Shown piece by piece: positions 13,132-26,075 of a stretch of DNA of 64,000 nucleotides. The stretch lies in assembly GCA_964016885.1 (NCBI GenBank), contig OZ024743.1:360096001-360160000 (forward strand), in the 5' to 3' direction. The notes beneath the pieces were generated by a model. The model saw only the letters and a list, made by a program, of their open reading frames with translations, ran no database searches and was not told where the DNA came from. The first letter of the stretch is position 1, and each line of letters starts with the position of its first letter. This DNA comes from Eledone cirrhosa (Eukaryota). A program made the position numbers and the translations under genes.

Positions 13132-15505
13132 CCCATGTGCAAACCACGCATTATTCTTCTTTCTTCTCATGTTTTTTATATATATTTACCTCGGCTGCGT
13201 TTGTCTGTTTCTCTCTTACTGCTTCTCCGCTCTCTCTGTTTCTCTCACCTTTAGAGATTATCTCCGCTGCCAACTCGTGAGCAGGCAACGTAGAATTGTC
13301 CGTGCGTAAAGCAAGGTTCATGCAAGTGAATTCCAGTGACGGACAGAATTTGATCTTGCGAGTTTGATCTATGGACATCGCAAAGGCAACACGAAGGGGA
13401 AATTGAGTTCAGCAAAAGGAGAAGGGAGTATCCACGCCTGATGTACTCAGGCTAAGTTTTGTATTATCACATCCTCGCCTTTTCCACATCTGGATAGAAT
13501 GGTAGCGTCAATACTAAGTGGAGGCAGTTTTCTAACTAACAAGGCGTGTATCTATGCATAGTTTTGGAGGAGTGATATTTCTCAGCAAAATAACTGGCAT
13601 TCCCTCTTTCAGAACCAATATATTAGGAGTTAAATCAGGAGGATTTAAAGAATTTAGAAATTCAACTGGATAATTGACAGCATCCTGTGGATCACATACA
13701 GTATCAATAGATTTATATATCCGTGGACATCCAGGAAGAAGCTGAAGAAGCTGATTGTTAATAAAGCTAACCGTGATATTTGTGGGTGCAAGAAAGGCTC
13801 TTTCGCATAGCCAATCAAGATTCGTATAGTTATCACGCAAGTTCGGGAATACACTCGCCTTGAGATCATCGACAGTTTCAACTACATTGTAGATGTGATC
13901 AATTGCTATGTGTCCATCTGTATCCGGAGGTAGGTTACCATCTATTGTAAGAATGTCTCCAGAAAATGTTGATGACAGAGGGTCCCCTTGCAACCTTGCA
14001 CGCATGTTAGTAGTTAGTCTTAATGATGTCACTTGTCGCCACAATGGTGAAGACTTAAGACACGCATTTACCGCATCTGCTCTTGTTCCTTTCGTTATTA
14101 TAGGAGGAGTCTGTCTGAAGTCTCCTGATAGCAGAAGGGTGACACCCCCCATAACATCACTGCAATCCCGTATGTCTTGCAAAGACCTGTCTAGTGCCTC
14201 AAGAGCACCTTTGTGCGCCATTGTGCACTCATCCCAAACATTAAGGTGACACCTTCGCAGCAGATGAGCCCCTTCGGAGTCTTTGGTAGGAGTCTCCAAT
14301 TTTGCCAAATCAAGTGGCAATTTAAAAACTGAATGTGCCGTCCTTCCACCAGGGAGAAAAGTTGCTGCGATTCCAGAGGACGCAACTGCTATTGCGATGT
14401 CCTTATTCTGTCTAACCTTTGCAAAAAAAGTTTAGTAACGAAAGTGTCCCCCCCCCCCCCCCCGTAGCATCGAGGAAAAATATGCCATCTCTTCTTTGAA
14501 ATGCCAATTCAGTAATGGTGGTATAAACCTGTCGCTGATCAGCTAGAAGTTGTGGCTCATTATCTGTGACGTAGAGGTCGATATCATGGATGTCATAAGA
14601 AGTCTCCTGTATGATATCTGTGGGAAGTTTGTTCGAGTCTGTGCGATGAGTTTCTGGTAAACCGTAGTCACGTAAAACCTTTCCTCCAATCAGAGCTAAC
14701 TTGTCCTCAATGCGTTATTTACACGCATTCTTTTCTTCGACCGAGTGGTCAAAGTCAGAGACCCAATATCTGCATACTTTCTTTTACGGTGAAAAGTTGT
14801 AGTCAAAATTTATGACTTGAAGCGTTACAGTAAAATTAAAAATATACAGGCAAAACTTAAAAAATCCTTTGAATAACTACATCCTGTTCAGTATGTTCCT
14901 TCATTGTCAAAAACGTTTGATGTGTACGAATACAGCTGGAAGCAGAGATAATGCCTGCCTCAAATGTGGACGAAATTACTTTAAAAATGTAAAAGTTGTA
15001 GGTCCCAATGTTTTGAATGGAAAGTGCCAGAAGGATTGTTCTAAAAATGAACAAACCATCATCAAAATCTCGTCAATTCGAGACTGCTGCGAGATTAGGC
15101 CCTAATGCGAAAATTAACACTTAACATAGTGAAACAAGTTAAAACAACAAGTGTTTTTTAACTTTGAAAGTGCAACAAAGAATAAACAAGAAACAAACGA
15201 TAATATTAGTGATTTATCTGCAATTGAATCTGATATTTATATGTCTGTCAATAAAGTTTGATATTTCCCTTTTTTATAAGGATTGTCAATAAAGTTGGTT
15301 ATCTCCCTTACATCAATTTTTCTACCGATAATTTTGATATCGATTTTGTATTGCTCAACGTGGGTCGATTTGAAATTTCTTGCAGTGTGACCATCTTAGC
15401 GATATGTGCAACGTGCACAGAAAGTTTGGTCAAATTCAGTTGGTAATTGTAAAAGCCTTAGGTATCCAAAGTTGTACACATCCTCGCTTTTATATATATA
15501 GAAGA
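13131..15505 (-). mobile_element. Helitron relic with disrupted PIF1-family helicase (~13265-14720)
   Basis: Motifs IAVASSG, GRTAHS.FKLPL, WDECTM, GDFRQ, LTTNMR, LAPTN, VILLRN, QFPLRVAFAMSI, HGQFYVACSRVG. Probable 5' end A|TCTTCTATATATATAAAAG at 15505. 3' CTAG end not found. Confidence 0.85.
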
Positions 15506-15550
15506 TAATATATTTTCACTAACTGTGACAGTTGGCAAGTGAAGAGTGAA

Positions 15551-15591
15551 CTGTACTGATGAAGGGTAATAACCAGAAACAGTGTCTGCCG
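15551..15591 (+). ncRNA. Hammerhead ribozyme motif, slightly decayed
   Basis: ctgta-CTGATGA-ag-ggt-aata-acc-a-GAAA-cagtg-TC-tgccg. Confidence 0.6.
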
Positions 15592-16370
15592 TGCTGTTTA
15601 TATGCCAACACACGGGCAAGAATGGAGGGCTCATTCTACTGACATGGCTTTTAATAAAATGCGGCTTGTTTGCATAATTGCAAACGAATCGAATATTATT
15701 ATTAATATTCGAAAAACTCAGATTACATTTATGACATATCGGATATATGAAATATAACTTATAGAGATACAACTACAATGGTGGTTAAGAGTATTATGGA
15801 ATTATATATGACGATGATAGTTATGGTGGAGTGGGTATGTGTGTATGTGCGTGGTAGGTGCACTTAGGATATGAGGTATACAGAATAAAGGAAGTAAGGA
15901 AATAAAATTGAAGAAATAAGATGACAGAAGTGAAAACGACAAAAATGGAAGAAAAGAAAGTAAAAGTACATGAAAATTCCAAAAAAATAACCCAGAATAA
16001 ATGAAATAAGCATTTAAAAAATTATTTTTTCTTCCAAGTTAAAATTTCAGAATATAAAAATTATATTACAAAATTTAAATTTCAAAATTGTAATAATAAT
16101 ATTATATAAGATTAGAAGTATGTAAGTATTATAGAATATAATGTAAGGCGTATAAAATATATAGCACAAAAAGTGGTGAAATATAGGAAATATATGAATT
16201 ATATGAAATAAAGTGTATGTGCGTTTGGGCGTGTATGTGTATGTGTGCGTATATATGTATATTTATACATACATATATATTATACATATATTTATACTTA
16301 TATCTCTATTTATAATACACATATATATATATATGTGTGTGTGTGTATATGTGTGCGCGTATATATATAT

Positions 16371-17003
16371 AACGAATAAGTTGTGTTAAGGAACCAGATT
16401 TACCATAACGCACCAGAGTACTCAATATTATGGTAGTAGAGTGGGTAATATGAAAATGTATGACCCTGACGCAGAGCTCAAACCGTTTCCACAGCTATTT
16501 CTGGACTAAATTAGAATTTTTAGCGTGGTAAATAAATAGCCGAACTTTTCAAGGAGTAATTCCTTATATGGGAAGATTGTAGTTGTCAAGGGGATTGGGC
16601 AATATGTCTTGTAAACACAATTAAGTCTATCATGGCAGTGGGTGGGAGGTGGGGTGGCCGAACATGCCTGTATAACAATGAGGGTGTGGGTGGAGCCGGT
16701 CAAGCGTTGAAAGTGAATTCTATACAGAAAATTCTAAGGATTGTGTACTATAAGATTGTAGAACAACAACTACAACGGTACGCGATGGGGCCCACCCAAA
16801 GGCCCGGCAGACAGAATGGAGAAGGCGTTTCCCCGGTGGACGGCAAGGGAGACGCGCTGGAAAAGCCACTCCATCTCGCGGGGCTCACACCTGCGGTTGG
16901 TAGCTCAGCGCCTATGGTGGTGAGTAAGGAGGTAGCTCTGGGGCCGAGGACACCAGAAGTCTCCACTGCCAGAGGTACGACCGCAAACCTGTCGGAGAGC
17001 GAC
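16371..17003 (-). mobile_element. 3' end of a retroelement with CRE-type restriction-like endonuclease (CRE LINE or Hydra-clade PLE)
   Basis: SLSDRFAVVPLAVETSGVLGPRA, then a frameshift, then EPREMEWLFQRVSLAVHRGNAFSIL. Its 3' tail recurs at 26119-26205 and 31261-31433, always ending in (TA)n. Confidence 0.8.
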
Positions 17004-17750
17004 TACATACGACTAGAAGAATTAAAGAACACACTTATTAGCAGGAATTACCCACCATCCCTAATCATCAATGGATTCCAACGTGCCCTGAAACTCAAAG
17101 TCCAGGAACTTAGACACCCCAAACCAAGGAACGAATCAAAACTGAACACTCTACCATACATCTCCGCACACAACACTCTTAACAATGAGGCATTCGACAC
17201 AACCCTCCAGATCATACCCTTACTAAAAAGAGACCTAAGAATGAATCAAATCTTCTAAACGCACAACATCATAAAAAGCAAAAGTCAACCCGAATCAATA
17301 AAAACAACCCTACACAGGCCGAAGGCCAGCCGACCCCCACTATGAACCCTGCCATAAAAGAATGCGGAAGACCTAACTGTGGTATACGTACCAATCTAAT
17401 AGAAGGATCGGAGTTCCACTTCAAACAAAGATAACACTTTACAGTTAAACACAATTTCACATGTGTATCAGAAAACCTCCCCAGGTTGTCGAGAGCACTA
17501 CATAGGACAGACTAAAAACAGCCTCCGACAAGGTATGACTGTCAATAAATGCCAAATCAAAATACAGGAATATAGAAAGATAGCACTAAGTGAACACATC
17601 GCGACCTGCGCATCTAATGAACAACCCAATTTTAGAATTTTTCCCATCTACAAATTTAAAGACAACACTTCTTACACCCAGCGCATTAGTAACGAATCAC
17701 AATTGATCGCCAAATACGAACTCCTTCTAAATGCTTCCACTTCGGACTAA
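17004..17750 (+). pseudogene. Neptune-type PLE thumb, linker and GIY-YIG fragment
   Basis: RLEELKNTLISRNYP..LPYISAHN..CGRPNC..HNFTC..CREHYIGQTKNSLRQ..LSEHIATC. Homologous to 44154-45023. Confidence 0.85.
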
Positions 17751-18364
17751 ACTAAAGCCGGCACACTTTGATGTTAACACCCTAGACAAATTAACTCTTT
17801 AGCAATGTATCCTCCTCCAAGATTCCACCAACCCCTAACAACTATATAATGCAGACCAAGCAACCAGAGAGAATCACCCAAATCAGCAAGCCCTGGAGGA
17901 CTTCCACAAAGATAATCGTATAAATGGAAGCATTCATGTGTCAAACTAAATGCTTTACATCCCCCTGAATCTGGAAGTTTCCGCTCAAGATAGAATGGGC
18001 ATTCCAATGGCTCTGAACCCCCTTTTGTGACGAAATTTTCCCCATTCCCCTAAACCTGAAATTTATGCTAGGGATGGAATCAATATTTCAATGACTCTGA
18101 ATCTTCTTTGTGACAAAAAAAGGCAATGCTTCTAAGAAAAAATACCAAGATAGATATTTTTAGAAGCAATCAACCTCCCCGTGGTCAACTCTAAGGTGAC
18201 CCGGCCTTTCAAACCAATCCCAGCTGGAACTTTCAAACCAATCCCACTCTGCAGCCTGCCAACACCCTCTATCCTCCACTTCTCCTCTCCCCTCCTTCCT
18301 CTACCCTCTCCTACCTGTCACAACGAAGCTAGAAGCAGAGTAGGACAGATACAGAGAAATGAAT

Positions 18365-18800
18365 ATATATATTGGTAAACGGAATAGAAAATGCTGACAA
18401 ATTGTTCACAGTTGAAAAATGGTTTAATTAGGAATAAAAGAGTATTAGTGATTGTATGGGTTAGTATTCAGTTGTGGTTTTAAGTTTTTAAGTTTTTACC
18501 GGTTGCGCATTTCTAAATGCTTTTCAAAAATAATTTTGAGATAGAGTGTCCGTGTTGTTTGCTCTGATCAGATCAAACAACACGGACACTCTATCTCAAA
18601 ATTATTTTTGAAAAGCATTTAGAAATGCGCAACCGGTAAAAACTTAAAAACTTAAAACCACAACTGAATACTAACCCATACAATCACTAATACTCTTTTA
18701 TTCCTAATTAAACCATTTTTCAACTGTGAACAATTTGTCAGCATTTTCTATTCCGTTTACCAATATATAATAACTTGTGTGTTACACCGCTATTCTTTTA
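18365..18800. repeat. Near-perfect spacerless palindrome (~200-bp arms, centre 18567/18568) of the Neptune-family 3' terminus, plus 31-bp tail
   Basis: 18365-18567 is the reverse complement of 18568-18769 with one visible mismatch. Same sequence family as 42801-43020. Confidence 0.95.
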
Positions 18801-18950
18801 ACTATATATATATAAATATAGAAAAGTAACACACGAGTTGATATATATATATATATATATATATATAAACAAATAGTAGAAACGAAAAAGATTCTTTCAG
18901 TAGCAAATGTTGAAGAGATTTTTTTCAGAGAGAGAAACATTAATTTATTT

Positions 18951-18988
18951 ACAATACCGGTTTCAGCATTAAATGCATTGTCAATTGC
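18951..18988 (-). ncRNA. Minimal hammerhead ribozyme, U3-A8 core variant
   Basis: Minus strand gcaa-TTGACAA-tgcat-tta-atgct-GAAA-ccgg-TA-ttgt, followed by aaataaa. Confidence 0.75.
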
Positions 18989-19139
18989 GGATATACAGAA
19001 TATTGTTAAGTTGCATATTTTTACAAATAGTGATAATAGTATGATGAAGGCAATGAAAATTAAATAAAAAGGGGAAGAAATAAAATTAATTAATTTTCAC
19101 ATACATGTTCTTTCAGAGGATTCATTTCAAGATGAGTGA

Positions 19140-20070
19140 CGAGAGATTGCTCAGATTATAGAGAGATGTCTTTGTTAAGCCTCGCTGGTAAAGTCTATGC
19201 TAAGTGTCTGGCAAAGAGATGCGATATGTCCAAGCTAGCTGATGAACAGTGGCTTTTGCCCTGGACTCAGAATAGCTGACAAAAGAATCACACCGTGGCA
19301 AGTCTTTGAGGAACCATGGGAGTATTTCCAAGAGGTGTACGCTTGTTTTGTATCCCTTAAAAAGGCATTTTACCATGTTCCACATGCTCTGTTTTGGAAG
19401 GCTCTGCAGGATTATGGGATCAAGGGAAAACTTGAAGTTTCTATATAAATACCCTAGTGTTTCTGTTCGGATAAATGGTGCTAAATTGAAACTATTCAAG
19501 GGTGTGTACTGTGACCTCCCCAACTCATAACTTTCATGGACAGCATTGACATGTGTAGCAGGGTTAGAAGTGGTATCATGACTGGTGGGTGTATGTTCAG
19601 TCGGCTGGAATTTGTGGATGACGTGATACTACTTAATTCGCTATTTGTGCCAACCCTTACCTAAGGTAATAAATCTTGTGTAATGACCAATGAATACAAG
19701 CGATCGAAATGAGGTTCTTCCAAAGAGTCTTTAGTGTAATGTTACTCGATTGAGTAAGTAGCTCTGAGATCAGGGAGTCGCTCCAGTCAGGCAGAGCCAC
19801 TAATTATCCAAATTTGGGTATTATAGTTCTAATATTACACATATGTGGTTAGAATGTCCAAGAAAAGAATTAGTGGATAGATTTTATGGGAAAAATCAAC
19901 CAGCAGGAAACCCAGGTGTAGATCGTTAGATAACATCCATGAGCTTGGCTGGTCTCACTTTGGAATCCAGCCAGAGAGAGTTCCTTCTAACAGGACCTGC
20001 TGGAAGGCATGATTGATGATGCTGCTCCTACGACCCTCCCAGGAAAAAGTACACGAAGAAGAAGAATAAC
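19140..20070 (+). mobile_element. Decayed RTE-clade LINE fragment (RT remnants and 3' end)
   Basis: GFCPG..QVFEEPWEY.QEVYACFV.LKKAF..VP..WKAL..YG, FVDDV, (GAA)n tail at ~20056-20067. Confidence 0.7.
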
Positions 20071-21054
20071 ACCAACATTGTTTATTATAGTAATTGAAGG
20101 AGTAATTTTTACCTGTATTTATTTTCTTTCTGACTCCCCCTTTTATGGATTTATATCTTTTGTAAATAATTTATTAATTTTTCAAAATTCATTATACGAA
20201 TTGTATTTATATCCCAATTCTCATTCCATATGTTGTTAATAAAAGAATTACATTTGAAGAATTTGTTAAGTTTGTAAATTTAACTTTTCATTATTTTCTC
20301 ATTTAAATCGCTTTTATCAACACCATATGTAATGTTGTCATCTTGTATGTAGTTTCAATGCATCTAAGACAAGCACTTAATTGATATTTATATTTTAAAA
20401 CTTAAATATTAAAATATTTAACAATATCCAGGTTAAAGGGTCACTAACTTTGATGGTGTAATTGTCTCCCTAATGTAAAGTATGAACAAATTAAAATTAA
20501 TATTAAAAGTTAATCATAGAAATTGACAAGCTGTTAAAATATCAGTTGTTTTCACATAGGTTTGTTGTTGAACTTGTAGTAAGGCAGATTTCTCGCATTC
20601 CTTGTCCCTATATCACCTCTCTACTAACAACTAAGTGCAGTTGGCCACCTACAGGATTGAACTCCATAATGTAGAGTGGATTCTAGTTAAACCTCTAGCA
20701 ATGGAGACAATTGTCATACTTATTCTCTGAACCGCCTCTCTACTCACTGTTATGAGGGTGGAGTTGGCCACCCAGAGGAAACAGCCACAAAAGTTTTAAA
20801 ACTATTTTAACAAAATCACTCATTATACTCCGGGATAATCTTGTCTCCATTTTGTCTTCTGTTGGGACCACAAGGCAGCTGGTAACTAGTGTTCTGCATA
20901 CAAGAGAGAGAATTTTCTCACACTATTTAGGTTTATATCATTGGGTAGTGATGGCGTAGGTTACTCATTGTTGTTAGTCACAGTCCATTATAAGAAATTT
21001 TTAAGAAATATGAAGCAACAAATATTATTTTCTAAAACTTGTTAAATTTAGGAG

Positions 21055-21225
21055 AAGGGCAAATATGATTAAATCAACCCCAATACATGACTAGTAATAT
21101 ATTATATCAACCCTGGAATGTTTAAAGAAGAATTTGACCTCTGCAGGATTAGAACTGAGAATGGTAAGAGCCAGAACAATACTGCAATGGTATTTTATCT
21201 GACGCTCTACCAATGATGCCATTCA
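21055..21225 (-). mobile_element. tRNA-derived octopus-type SINE, diverged copy
   Basis: Reverse complement matches the ttctgagttcaaatccc..gaggtYaactttgcctttcatcc..gggtcRataaaataaagtaccagt repeat seen at 49808, 51456, 55232 and 57958. Confidence 0.6.
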
Positions 21226-21484
21226 ATCATCCTTGTTTATATCTAAAATAAGGTAAATGTAGAATATAATTGTCCATCAACCATTTGAGATTCTATTGAA
21301 ATCAGCCCAGAATAACACAGTAGTGTTTCAATAGGGCTACTATTTATTAAATCATTCATTTAACTAAACATAGAAGCAGAACACCAGACTTCACTCGCAT
21401 CACAGAGTAAAGCAAAATCGGAAATAAATTCAATGCTAAACTTAATAACACGTACATACACAATCATACGCGAAACCACTCCCC

Positions 21485-22348
21485 ATGGGTATGCAAATAC
21501 AAGCACGTACACAACAAATAAAAAAAACACACACACACACGCACATACAGAACCCACGCAACGCCTGTACCTCACACATACGAACGTACACACCAAATAC
21601 ACCTAAAAAATAAATAAAAATATATATTTATACACCTGTGTGTGTGTGCGTGTATACATAATTAAATAAACGTATATAAATATACACACATAAATACGTA
21701 TACAACGCGCCCACACACACCGACCCACATGTAAAGACACATACACACACACACACATACACCCTACATACGTACGAACCCGCATACTCACACAGATGCA
21801 AAACTCCCGTAATCACATAACCAAATGCACATGTACCAGTATATATAATATATACGCCAATAACATATGCAAGCAAATAAACGTACGAGAAAATATACAT
21901 ACCTTCACAAAACACAGGTAATATATACTTACCTATACGAATAAGTAATGGTATTAACATAACATATACTTAGCTACCACATCAAGACGTAAAATATCCG
22001 TTAGGGTATAATGCGGGGCTGTAATATAGGAACGTTTTGTGCAATTTATGTTTACAAGCCGAAATTGCCTCAAATTTTTTGTTTAAGACGTGGCCTTTGG
22101 CGGAGAGTATTTCCAGGGCCTCAGTGGTGCAGAGGTCACATGGCCTTTTATTCTGTTATCCGATCTAGCCCTAGCTAGGATCTTCCAGTGTAACTTATAT
22201 TGGGTGTGGTTGTCTTTTAGACTCCAAATATAAGCTGAAAGTGACGTCATATTCCTTCTTAAAGGGTTACGGTTCTTATATATCTGATATATATTTATCC
22301 TTATCGAGCCCTCTTTGGATTTTAGTCTTCAAATTTATTATTATTACT
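21485..22348 (-). mobile_element. Second copy of Naiad family A (minus, 21485-22271) capped by an inverted 78-bp terminal tail (22271-22348)
   Basis: Matches 6700-7545. The tail matches 9978-10053 on the plus strand. Confidence 0.9.
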
Positions 22349-22361
22349 ATATATATATACC

Positions 22362-23276
22362 ACTGGGTGCACAGCAACCACACCTGGTGGAACCAGTAAT
22401 AATATAGACGAAGAGAGGGTAAGCAGCATAGAGGATAGGAAACGCAGTGGAAGGAATAGAAGACGTGATAGTACCTTCTTTAACCCGCCCTTCAACTCTA
22501 ATGTTACTACAGACCTCCCCAAGTCTTTTTTCTCTTTAATAGATAAGAACTTCCCCCCGGGTAGTAGATACGGTAGTGTCATCAATAAGAATACTATCAA
22601 GCTATCGTACTCTACAACCCCTAATCTGGCCTCACACCTAGCTAAGACCAATAAGAGTAAGATCAAAGAGGGACTTAAGGCCATCCGAAATAGTGAACCA
22701 CGCCAGCACACACGACAACACGGGACCAACCCACTGAGTGAAAGACCCAGGAGGATATTAGGCAATAGAACCGGTATCACTAGGCAGCCCCGCGGCCGCT
22801 TGGAGGGACATGCACCCCTGATTGAGGGGCATGTCCCTACTAAAGAGTGTAATTGCAGAAGGAAGGACAAATGCCCACTAGCTGGACACTGCCTTATCAG
22901 GAACGTGGTATATGCTTGTAACGTAACCACAGGCACGTATACTAAGACGTATGTGGGATCAACCGCTAACGAGCTCAAGACGAGGTTCAACGCCCACCAG
23001 CATAGCTTCCAATATGAGAAGCTTAAAAATACCACGTCGTTAGCGGGACATATACATAGCTTAAAACAAACAAAAACCCCCTACACACTAAGCTGGAGAT
23101 GCCTTACTAAGGCTCCTCCATATAGCTCGTTGAGCAGGTGTTGTAGCCTGTGCCTATCTGAATCTCATGCCATAGTATTCTCAGGGCTCAACTTGCTCAA
23201 CAGGAGATCAGAAATCTTCTCGTCCTGCCCCCATATCATACTTAGCTCTTTCTTTTTCTTCAGACCAGACACATAG
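22362..23276 (+). CDS. Naiad PLE C-terminal half: thumb, CxC-x5-CP-x4-C linker and GIY-YIG endonuclease (open, no start codon)
   Basis: FFNPPFNSNV..NKNTIKLSYS..ECNCRRKDKCPLAGHC..NVVY..TYVGST..KTRFNAH..CSLCLSE..LNRRSE..SCPH. No stop upstream of 22800 back to the TA repeat. Confidence 0.9.
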   Translation, partial: TGCTATTPGGTSNNIDEERVSSIEDRKRSGRNRRRDSTFFNPPFNSNVTTDLPKSFFSLIDKNFPPGSRYGSVINKNTIKLSYSTTPNLASHLAKTNKSKIKEGLKAIRNSEPRQHTRQHGTNPLSERPRRILGNRTGITRQPRGRLEGHAPLIEGHVPTKECNCRRKDKCPLAGHCLIRNVVYACNVTTGTYTKTYVGSTANELKTRFNAHQHSFQYEKLKNTTSLAGHIHSLKQTKTPYTLSWRCLTKAPPYSSLSRCCSLCLSESHAIVFSGLNLLNRRSEIFSSCPHIILSSFFFFRPDT

Positions 23277-24844
23277 CCATGACACCACCCAGTCCTGCAC
23301 GTGGCGGCCCCGTTGGCGTACAGGGTGCTCTTTGGTAACCCCGGCCGCATGGATGCCTCGGCTCCCCGATTGGCGATGGGGACTCTGGTGAGGAACAGAC
23401 GACCCTGTGTCCCACTTGCCAACCTGGGATTGGTGGCAACACTGTTGCTGGGCACCCCGGGGGCAGCTGATGCCTGCGATGCAGGACATTGTGAGGGCCT
23501 GGAACCACGTCGACTAATCTGAGAGGGTGCCGTCAGAGATGTATGTCAACAAACTCGAGAACTGCCTAGGGAAACAGTAACAAAGCACCCAGCCTATGGC
23601 CACTCACCCCCACCCCTTCCCTTAGTAAACCCCCGCCGAAATAGATGCCCCTCCCCCCCCCCATTCTTTTGAGCTGGTTCTTTATTATCAGTGATTAGTT
23701 CTTTACTAATAGGAATTGTTTTGTATTTCACCACGGTCGACATGATGGGCCTGGAGAGTTGACTCCCTTGAAGTCTGACCACTCGATAAGTTGGGGTTGT
23801 GCCCCTTGAGCAGGGGTGTGTATAGCTGGTCTACCTGCTGTCTGCTACTACCCGATACTGGACACGGTCGTAGCCACAGGCCAGCGCGTGTGCGATAGCA
23901 TAGAATGTATATTTTCTGCTAGTCACCCCGTGTAATACGATACCCAAAGATTCCATGCTTGAGATTCACCGAAGCATGCGCAGTCTTAACCGGGAGATGA
24001 CATGCGAACTTGAAAATACCACAAGCGAGACCCTCTGGATAACGTAGACGCAGGACCATACCCGCAAATATATACCCTGATCTGTCTTGAATATACAGGG
24101 CTGACGGAATATGGATAACACGACCACCATCTAAGCTGGGACCGACCCATACAGCAAACAAAGAGGGGACAACCCTTCGCTTTTGACCAGTCGCGTGTGG
24201 ACTTGGAGTTCGTAATATACCACCCCAGTCAAGTCCACACTGGTTTTTTAACAACATAACATGTAGACCAATACATCCTGCGTAGCGAAACCTTGGACTT
24301 AGAACCGACAGTCTCGTCTATCGCGAAAGCGTTCAACCTCTGAAACTAAAAGATCGAACGGACCACTTCCGGCAACCACTGGCTATTGGATCCACAGGTA
24401 CACCTCCCAGAGAGTCCACGCAGATAATAGTGAATCCCAGGTGATCCATGAACTTTTAAACGAGACCAGCTGCCCCTGGAGCTATGCAGATGACGACATA
24501 CGCATAATGGATATCGTGCCTGGAGCTATGCAGATGACTGCATAAGCAGAATGGATATCGCGCCCACACGGTCACCAGTACTGTTCATCCTGCTGTATGT
24601 ATCTAGGCATCCGTGCGCGGGATATCCCTGATTACATTTTCTTGACCATCAATTGTTAATCGATTGTTTGTTATTTAGGCAGGAATATACCATTGTGTCT
24701 GTGCTAATCCTATGTGTTGCTGTGTGTGTGTAAAGTATCCGAGCGCGGGATATCCCTGAGCTAATTTTGTCTGACCGTTAATAGTGTTCTGATTACTTGT
24801 TGATTGGGCAGGAATATATATTGTTGTCTTTGTTGATCCTGTAT

Positions 24845-25010
24845 CAATAATTTTGTGATAATTTTGTAATAATTTTGCGATAATTTTATGATAATTTGAT
24901 AATTTTGTAATAATTTTGTGGTAATTTTATGATGATTTGATAATTTTGTAATGATTTTGTGGTAATTTTGTAATAATTTTGTAATCATTTTTAATCCTGT
25001 ATCAATAATT
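24845..25010. repeat. 11-bp minisatellite (ataattttgtR)n
   Basis: Direct reading of the sequence. Confidence 0.9.
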
Positions 25011-25975
25011 TTAGAATACTTTTTTTTGTGATAATACACTGTTAGATCACTGAAGCTACCTTATACCTTCTTAAAGATACATTTTATAATTATTGTCATT
25101 TTGCTTATGTATTTTCTTATTTACCACTTTCTTTAATCTTGCCCAACTTGATAAACTCCTTGAATTGCTCCCTAATTGAATTACTTAAATTACTTAGATT
25201 ATTGTATCTATTATGCCTAAGTTGTATCTGTTGAAGCAGCCCTTTGAAAATTCCTCGGATATCCCAAATACCGTAATTTTTAATTTTTTAATTTTTTAAT
25301 TTTTAACTTTTAATGTATAGTTTTCCTCAATCGTTTTTATATATATCCTTAGAGGCTCTCTAAAATTTTAATTCTTCGAAGGGTCTCTCGGAAGAAGTTC
25401 CTATTGGAAATATTAAAGGGGCCTTTTCTGAGAGATTTATAGAAGGCTCTCTGAATTAACCTCTAATTGATTAGTTTCTTTCAACTTAGTTTTCAATTCA
25501 GTTTTCTGAATTTTGTAAACGTGATCTCGGGGGAAGGTTTTTATCTTTCGGAAAAAAAAATTTTTTTTTTTTCTCTAGAAGGAATTTCATAGGAACTTTA
25601 TATATTTTTTAGGGAAACTTTATATTTTTATTTTTTTTAATTTTTTTTTATTTTTTTTATTTTATTAGCCTCTTAATCTTCTTCTAGTCTAGTAGGTTTA
25701 TTGGAGCCTGTAAGCTTTATGCACTCATTGAGGGATTTTCTAAGGTGCTTCTACGGGACCCCAAGTCTTTTGGTTTAATGTTGATGCGTAAATTATATAT
25801 TATTGTCTAATTTTTAAACTTCAATCCCTGACCCCGACAACTATTATAAAAGAGCCCCCTTAGAATATAGACCCCCAACTACACAAGCGGAGTTGCTGAT
25901 GTATACCACAATTTCAAACTGCTAGCCTTGAGTGATACGTTGATGTAAACAATGATCTTGCAATCACATGTTATA

Positions 25976-26022
25976 TGCCTTGATAAGTCCCACCATGGGG
26001 TCGGACGAAACGGCTGTCGGCA
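25976..26022 (+). ncRNA. Hammerhead ribozyme, U3-A8 core variant
   Basis: tgcc-TTGATAA-gtcc-12nt-ggac-GAAA-cggctg-TC-ggca, with AATAAA at 26022-26027. Confidence 0.85.
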
Positions 26023-26075
26023 ATAAACTTGTTATAATGTTATAATGTCATAATAGTTCCCATTGTTCTTTTTCA

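Noticed and set aside
16632-17258. 208-aa ORF as a novel gene
   Set aside because: A chance fusion of antisense RLE sequence with a Neptune PLE fragment.
22322-23035. 237-aa hydrophobic minus-strand ORF
   Set aside because: It is the antisense shadow of the Naiad ORF.
24476-25010. Short repeats as a CRISPR-like array
   Set aside because: Tandem repeats with no unique spacers, no cas genes, and a eukaryotic context.
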